A stretch of 64,000 bases of DNA from Eledone cirrhosa (lineage: Eukaryota), in contig OZ024746.1 in the NCBI GenBank assembly GCA_964016885.1, forward strand, positions 53,010,001 through 53,074,000. Reading direction: 5' to 3'. Position numbers and translations under genes: made by a program. Positions 60,301 to 64,000 of this stretch are shown here, piece by piece; the first letter of the stretch is position 1, and every line of letters starts with the position of its first letter. The notes beneath the pieces were generated by a model. That model worked only from the letters and a program-made list of their open reading frames with translations. It had not been told where the DNA came from and ran no database searches.

Positions 60301-63254
60301 ATTGTAGTTAGTGGTTGCTGAGATGGTAGTGTTGTTGTTGTTGTTATTGTAGTTAGTGGTTTCTGTGATGGTAGTGTTGTTGTTGTTGTTATTGTAGTTA
60401 GTGGTTGCTGAGATGGTAGTGTTGTTGTTGTTGTTATTGTAGTTAGTGGTTTCTGTGTTGGTAGTGTTGTTGTTGTTATTGTAGTTAGTGGTTGCTGAGA
60501 TGGTAGTGTTGTTGTTGTTGTTATTGTAGTTAGTGGTTGCAGAGATGGTAGTGTTGTTGTTGTTGTTATTGTAGTTAGTGGTTGCTGAGATGGTAGTGTT
60601 GTTGTTGTTGTTATTGTAGTTAGTGGTTGCTGAGATGGTAGTGTTGTTGTTGTTGTTATTGTAGTTATTGGTTTCTGTGATGGTAGTGTTGTTGTTGTTG
60701 TTATTGTAGTTATTGGTTTCTGTGATGGTAGTGTTGTTGTTGTTGTTATTGTAGTTAGTGGTTGGTGAGATGGTAGTGTTGTTGTTGTTGTTATTGTAGT
60801 TAGTGGTTTCTGTGATGGTAGTATTGTTGTTGTTGTTATTGTAGTTAGTGGTTGCTGTGATGGTAGTGTTGTTGTTGTTATTCTAGTTAGTGGTTGCTGT
60901 GATGGTAGTGTTGTTGTTGTTGTTATTGTAGTTAGTGGTACCTGTGATGGTAGTGTTGTTGTTGGTATTGTAGTTAGTGGTTGCTGAGATGGTAGTGTTG
61001 TTGCTGTTGTTATTGTAGTTAGAGGTTGCTGAGATGGTAGTGTTGTTGTTGTTGTTATTGTAGTTAGTGGTTGCTGTGATTGTAGTGTTGTTGTTGTTGT
61101 TATTGTAGTTAGAGGTTGCTGAGATGGTAGTGTTGTTGTTGTTGTTATTGTAGTTAGTGGTTGCTGAGATGGTAGTGTTGTTGTTGTTTTTATTGTAGTT
61201 AGAGGTTGCTGAGATGGTAGTGTTGTTGTTGTTATTCTAGTTAGTGGTTGCTGTGATGGTAGTGTTGTTGTTGTTGTTATTGTAGTTAGAGGTTGCTGAG
61301 ATGGTAGTGTTGTTGTTGTTGTTATTGTAGTTAGTGGTTGCTGAGATGGTAGTGTTGTTGTTGTTATTATTGTAGTTAGAGGTTGCTGAGATGGTAGTGT
61401 TGTTGTTGTTATTCTAGTTAGTGGTTGCTGTGGTGGTAGTGTTGTTGTTGTTATTGTAGTTAGAGGTTGCTGTAATGGTAGTGTTGTTGTTGTTGTTATT
61501 GTAGTTAGTGGTTGCTGTTATGGTAGTGTTGTTGTTGTTATTCTAGTTAGTGGTTGCTGTGATGGTAGTGTTGTTGTTGTTGTTATTGTAGTTAGTGGTT
61601 TCTGTGATGGTAGTGTTGTTGTTGTTATTATAGTTAGTGGTTGGTGTTATGGTAGTGTTGTTGTTGTTGTTATTGGTTGCTGTGATGTTAGTGTTGTTGT
61701 TGTTATTGTAGTTAGTGGTTGCTGTGATGCTAGTGTTGTTGTTATTGCTATTGTAGTTAGTGGTTATTGTGATGGTAATGTTGTTGTTATTGTTATTGTA
61801 GTTAGAGGTTGCTGTGTTGGTAGTGTTGTTGTTGTTATTGTAGTTAGTGGTTGTTGTGATGGTAGTGTTGTTGTTGTTGTTGTAGTTAGTGGTTGATGTG
61901 ATGGTAGTGTTGTTATTATTATTGTAGTTAGTGGTTGTTGTGATGGTAGTGTTGTTGTTGTTGTTGTAGTTAGTGGTTGATGTGATGGTAGTTTTGTTGT
62001 TGTTATTGTAGTTAGTGGTTGTTGTGATGGTAGTGTTGTTGTTGTTGTTGTAGTTAGTGGTTGATGTGATGGTAGTGTTGTTGTTGTTATTGTAGTTAGT
62101 GGTTGTTGTGATGGTAGTGTTGTTATTGTTATTGTAGTGGGTGGTTGTTGTGATGGTAGTGTTGTTGTTGTTGTTGTAGTTAGTGGTTGCTGAGATGGTA
62201 GTGTTGTTATTGTTATTGTAGTTAGTGGTTGTTGTGATGGTAGTGTTGTTGTTGTTGTTGTAGTTAGTGGTTGTTGTGATGGTAGTGTTGTTGTTATTGT
62301 TATTGTAGTTAGAGGTTGCTGTGATGGTAGTGTTGTTGTTGTTATTGTAGTTAGTGGTTGCTGAGATGGCAGTGTTGTTGTTGTTTTTATTGTAGTTAGT
62401 GGTTGCTGCGATGGTAGTGGTGTTGTTGTTGTTATTGTAGTTAGTGGTTTCTGTGATGGTAGTGTTGTTATTGTTGTTATTGTAGTTAGTGGTTTCTGTG
62501 ATGGTAGTGCTGTTGTTGTTATTGTAGTTAGTGGTTGCTGAGATGGTAGTGTTGTTGTTGTTGTTATTGTAGTTAGAGGTTGCTGTGATGGTAGTGTTGT
62601 TGTTGTTATTGTAGTTAGTGGTTTCTGTGATGGTAGTGTTGTTGTTGTTGTTATTGTAGTTAGTGGTTGCTGAGATGGTAGTGTTGTTGTTGTTGTTATT
62701 GTAGTTAGTGGTTGCTGAGATGGTAGTGTTGTTGTTGTTGTTGTTATTGTAGTTAGTGGTTTCTGTGATGGTAGTGTTGTTGTTGTTATTGTAGTTAGTG
62801 GTTGTTGAGATGGTAGTGTTGTTGATTTTTTTATTGTAGTTAGTGGTTGCTGTGATGGTAGTGTTGTTGTTGTTGTTATTGTAGTTAGTAATTGCTGTGA
62901 TGGTAGTGTTGTTGTTGTTGTTGTTATTGTAGTTAGTGGTTGCTGTGATGGTAGTGTTGTTGTTGTTGTTGTTATTGTAGTTAGTGGTTGCTGGGATGGT
63001 AGTGTTGTTGTTGTTGTTATTGTAGTTAGAGGTTGCTGAGATGGTAGTGTTGTTGTTGTTATTCTAGTTAGTGGTTGCTGTGATAGTAGTGTTGTTGTTG
63101 TTGTTATTGTAGTTACAGGTTGCTGAGATGGTAGTGTTGTTGTTGTTATTCTAGTTAGTGGTTGCTGTGATGGTAGTGTTGTTGTTGTTGTTAATGTAGT
63201 TAGAGGTTGCTGAGATGGTAGTGTTGTTGTTGTTGTTATTGTAGTTAGTGGTTG
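54303..63254. repeat. Very recent tandem duplication, period 4488 bp (2 copies)
   Basis: ORF starts at 55314/59802, GCAGAGATGG at 56051/60539, GGTACC at 56449/60937 and GTTACAG at 58624/63112 are all exactly 4488 bp apart. I noticed no differences between the copies by eye. Confidence 0.93.
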
Positions 63255-64000
63255 CTGAGATGGTCGTGTTGTTGTTGTTGTTATTGTAGTTAGAGGTTGC
63301 TGAGATGGTAGTGTTGTTGTTGTTATTCTAGTTAGTGGTTGCTGTGATGGTAGTGTTGTTGTTGTTATTGTAGTTAGTGGTTGCTGAGATGGTAGTGTTG
63401 TTGTTGTTGTTATTGTAGTTAGTGGTTGCTGAGATGGTAGTGTTGTTGTTGTTGTTATTGTAGTTAGTGGTTTCTGTGATGGTAGTGTTGTTGTTGTTGT
63501 TATTGTAGTTAGTGGTTGCTGAGATGGTAGTGTTGTTGTTGTTGTTATTGTAGTTAGTGGTTTCTGTGATGGTAGTGTTGTTGTTGTTATTGTAGTTAGT
63601 GGTTGCTGAGATGGTAGTGTTGTTGTTGTTGCTATTGTAGTTAGTGGTTGCTGAGATGGTAGTGTTGTTGTTGTTGTTATTGTAGTTAGTGGCTGCTGAG
63701 ATGGTAGTGTTGTTGTTGTTGTTATTGTAGTTAGTGGTTGCTGAGTTGGTAGTGTTGTGGTTGTTGTTATTGTAGTTATTGGTTTCTGTGATGGTAGTGT
63801 TGTTGTTGTTGTTATTGTAGTTAGTGGTTGGTGAGATGGTAGTGTTGTTGTTGTTGTTATTGTAGTTAGTGGTTTCTGTGATGGTAGTATTGTTGTTGTT
63901 GTTATTGTAGTTAGTGGTTGCAGTGATGGTAGTGTTGTTGTTGTTATTCTAGTTAGTGGTTGCTGTGATGGTAGTGTTGTTGTTGTTGTTATTGTAGTTA

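Larger units (their letters stand above)
1..64000. repeat. Giant tandem minisatellite/satellite array with a 42/45-bp monomer AGTGGTTGCTG(A/T)GATGGTAGT(GTT)4-5ATTGTAGTT, about 1,450-1,500 head-to-tail copies
   Basis: The same monomer recurs in one orientation from the first base to the last, with no unique insert or inversion seen. Length variation is almost entirely in the number of GTT triplets. The 45-bp consensus has 22 T, 16 G, 6 A and 1 C. Copy number is window length divided by about 43.5 bp. Confidence 0.99.

Noticed and set aside
1-64000. CRISPR array (conserved segment of about 30 bp at regular spacing)
   Set aside because: The intervening segments are 12-15 bp GTT tracts rather than unique spacers. 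There is no palindromic repeat, leader or cas gene.
1-64000. Canonical telomere repeat or G-quadruplex array
   Set aside because: There are no tandem TTAGG or TTAGGG units, only an isolated TTAG per monomer. G runs are almost all GG or shorter, so canonical three-tier G4 motifs are absent.
1-64000. Selenoprotein-like TGA/TGT (Sec/Cys) alternation in the plus frame (SGC*DG vs SGCCDG)
   Set aside because: No SECIS-like or other unique sequence is visible, and hundreds of UGA recodings in a poly-Val repeat are implausible. The same polymorphism is a silent Ser change on the opposite strand.
1-64000. A single intact giant mucin CDS spanning the window
   Set aside because: Dozens of in-frame stops and seven frameshifts, several replicated in duplicated blocks, rule out one continuous protein under the standard genetic code.

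Overview
The whole 64 kb window is one uninterrupted tandem array that runs past both ends. The + strand monomer is AGT GGT TGC TG(A/T) GAT GGT AGT (GTT)n ATT GTA GTT, with n mostly 4 or 5, so monomers are 42 or 45 bp (occasionally 39 or 48). That is roughly 1,450-1,500 copies, estimated from length. I see no unique sequence, RNA genes, mobile elements, CRISPR spacers or credible conventional genes, and all nine listed ORFs are chance starts inside the repeat. Diagnostic variants reveal layered structure: an internal (GTT)n microsatellite, 84-87 bp alternating dimers, an old multi-monomer cassette recurring about every 2-4.5 kb, and recent kb-scale duplications (offsets 1694, 3383, 2820, 5089-6268, 3840-3927 and 4488 bp). 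One minus-strand frame reads as a mucin-like Pro/Thr/Ser repeat (LPSQQPLTTITTTT[T]). Three very common polymorphisms are synonymous in that frame, and it stays open for about 2,087 codons at 37243-43503. Against that, dozens of in-frame TAA/TAG stops and seven frameshifts have been copied along the array. My best reading is a eukaryotic-type satellite/minisatellite, possibly derived from (or a decayed part of) a giant mucin-type repeat exon. The organism cannot be determined, and all counts were made by eye.
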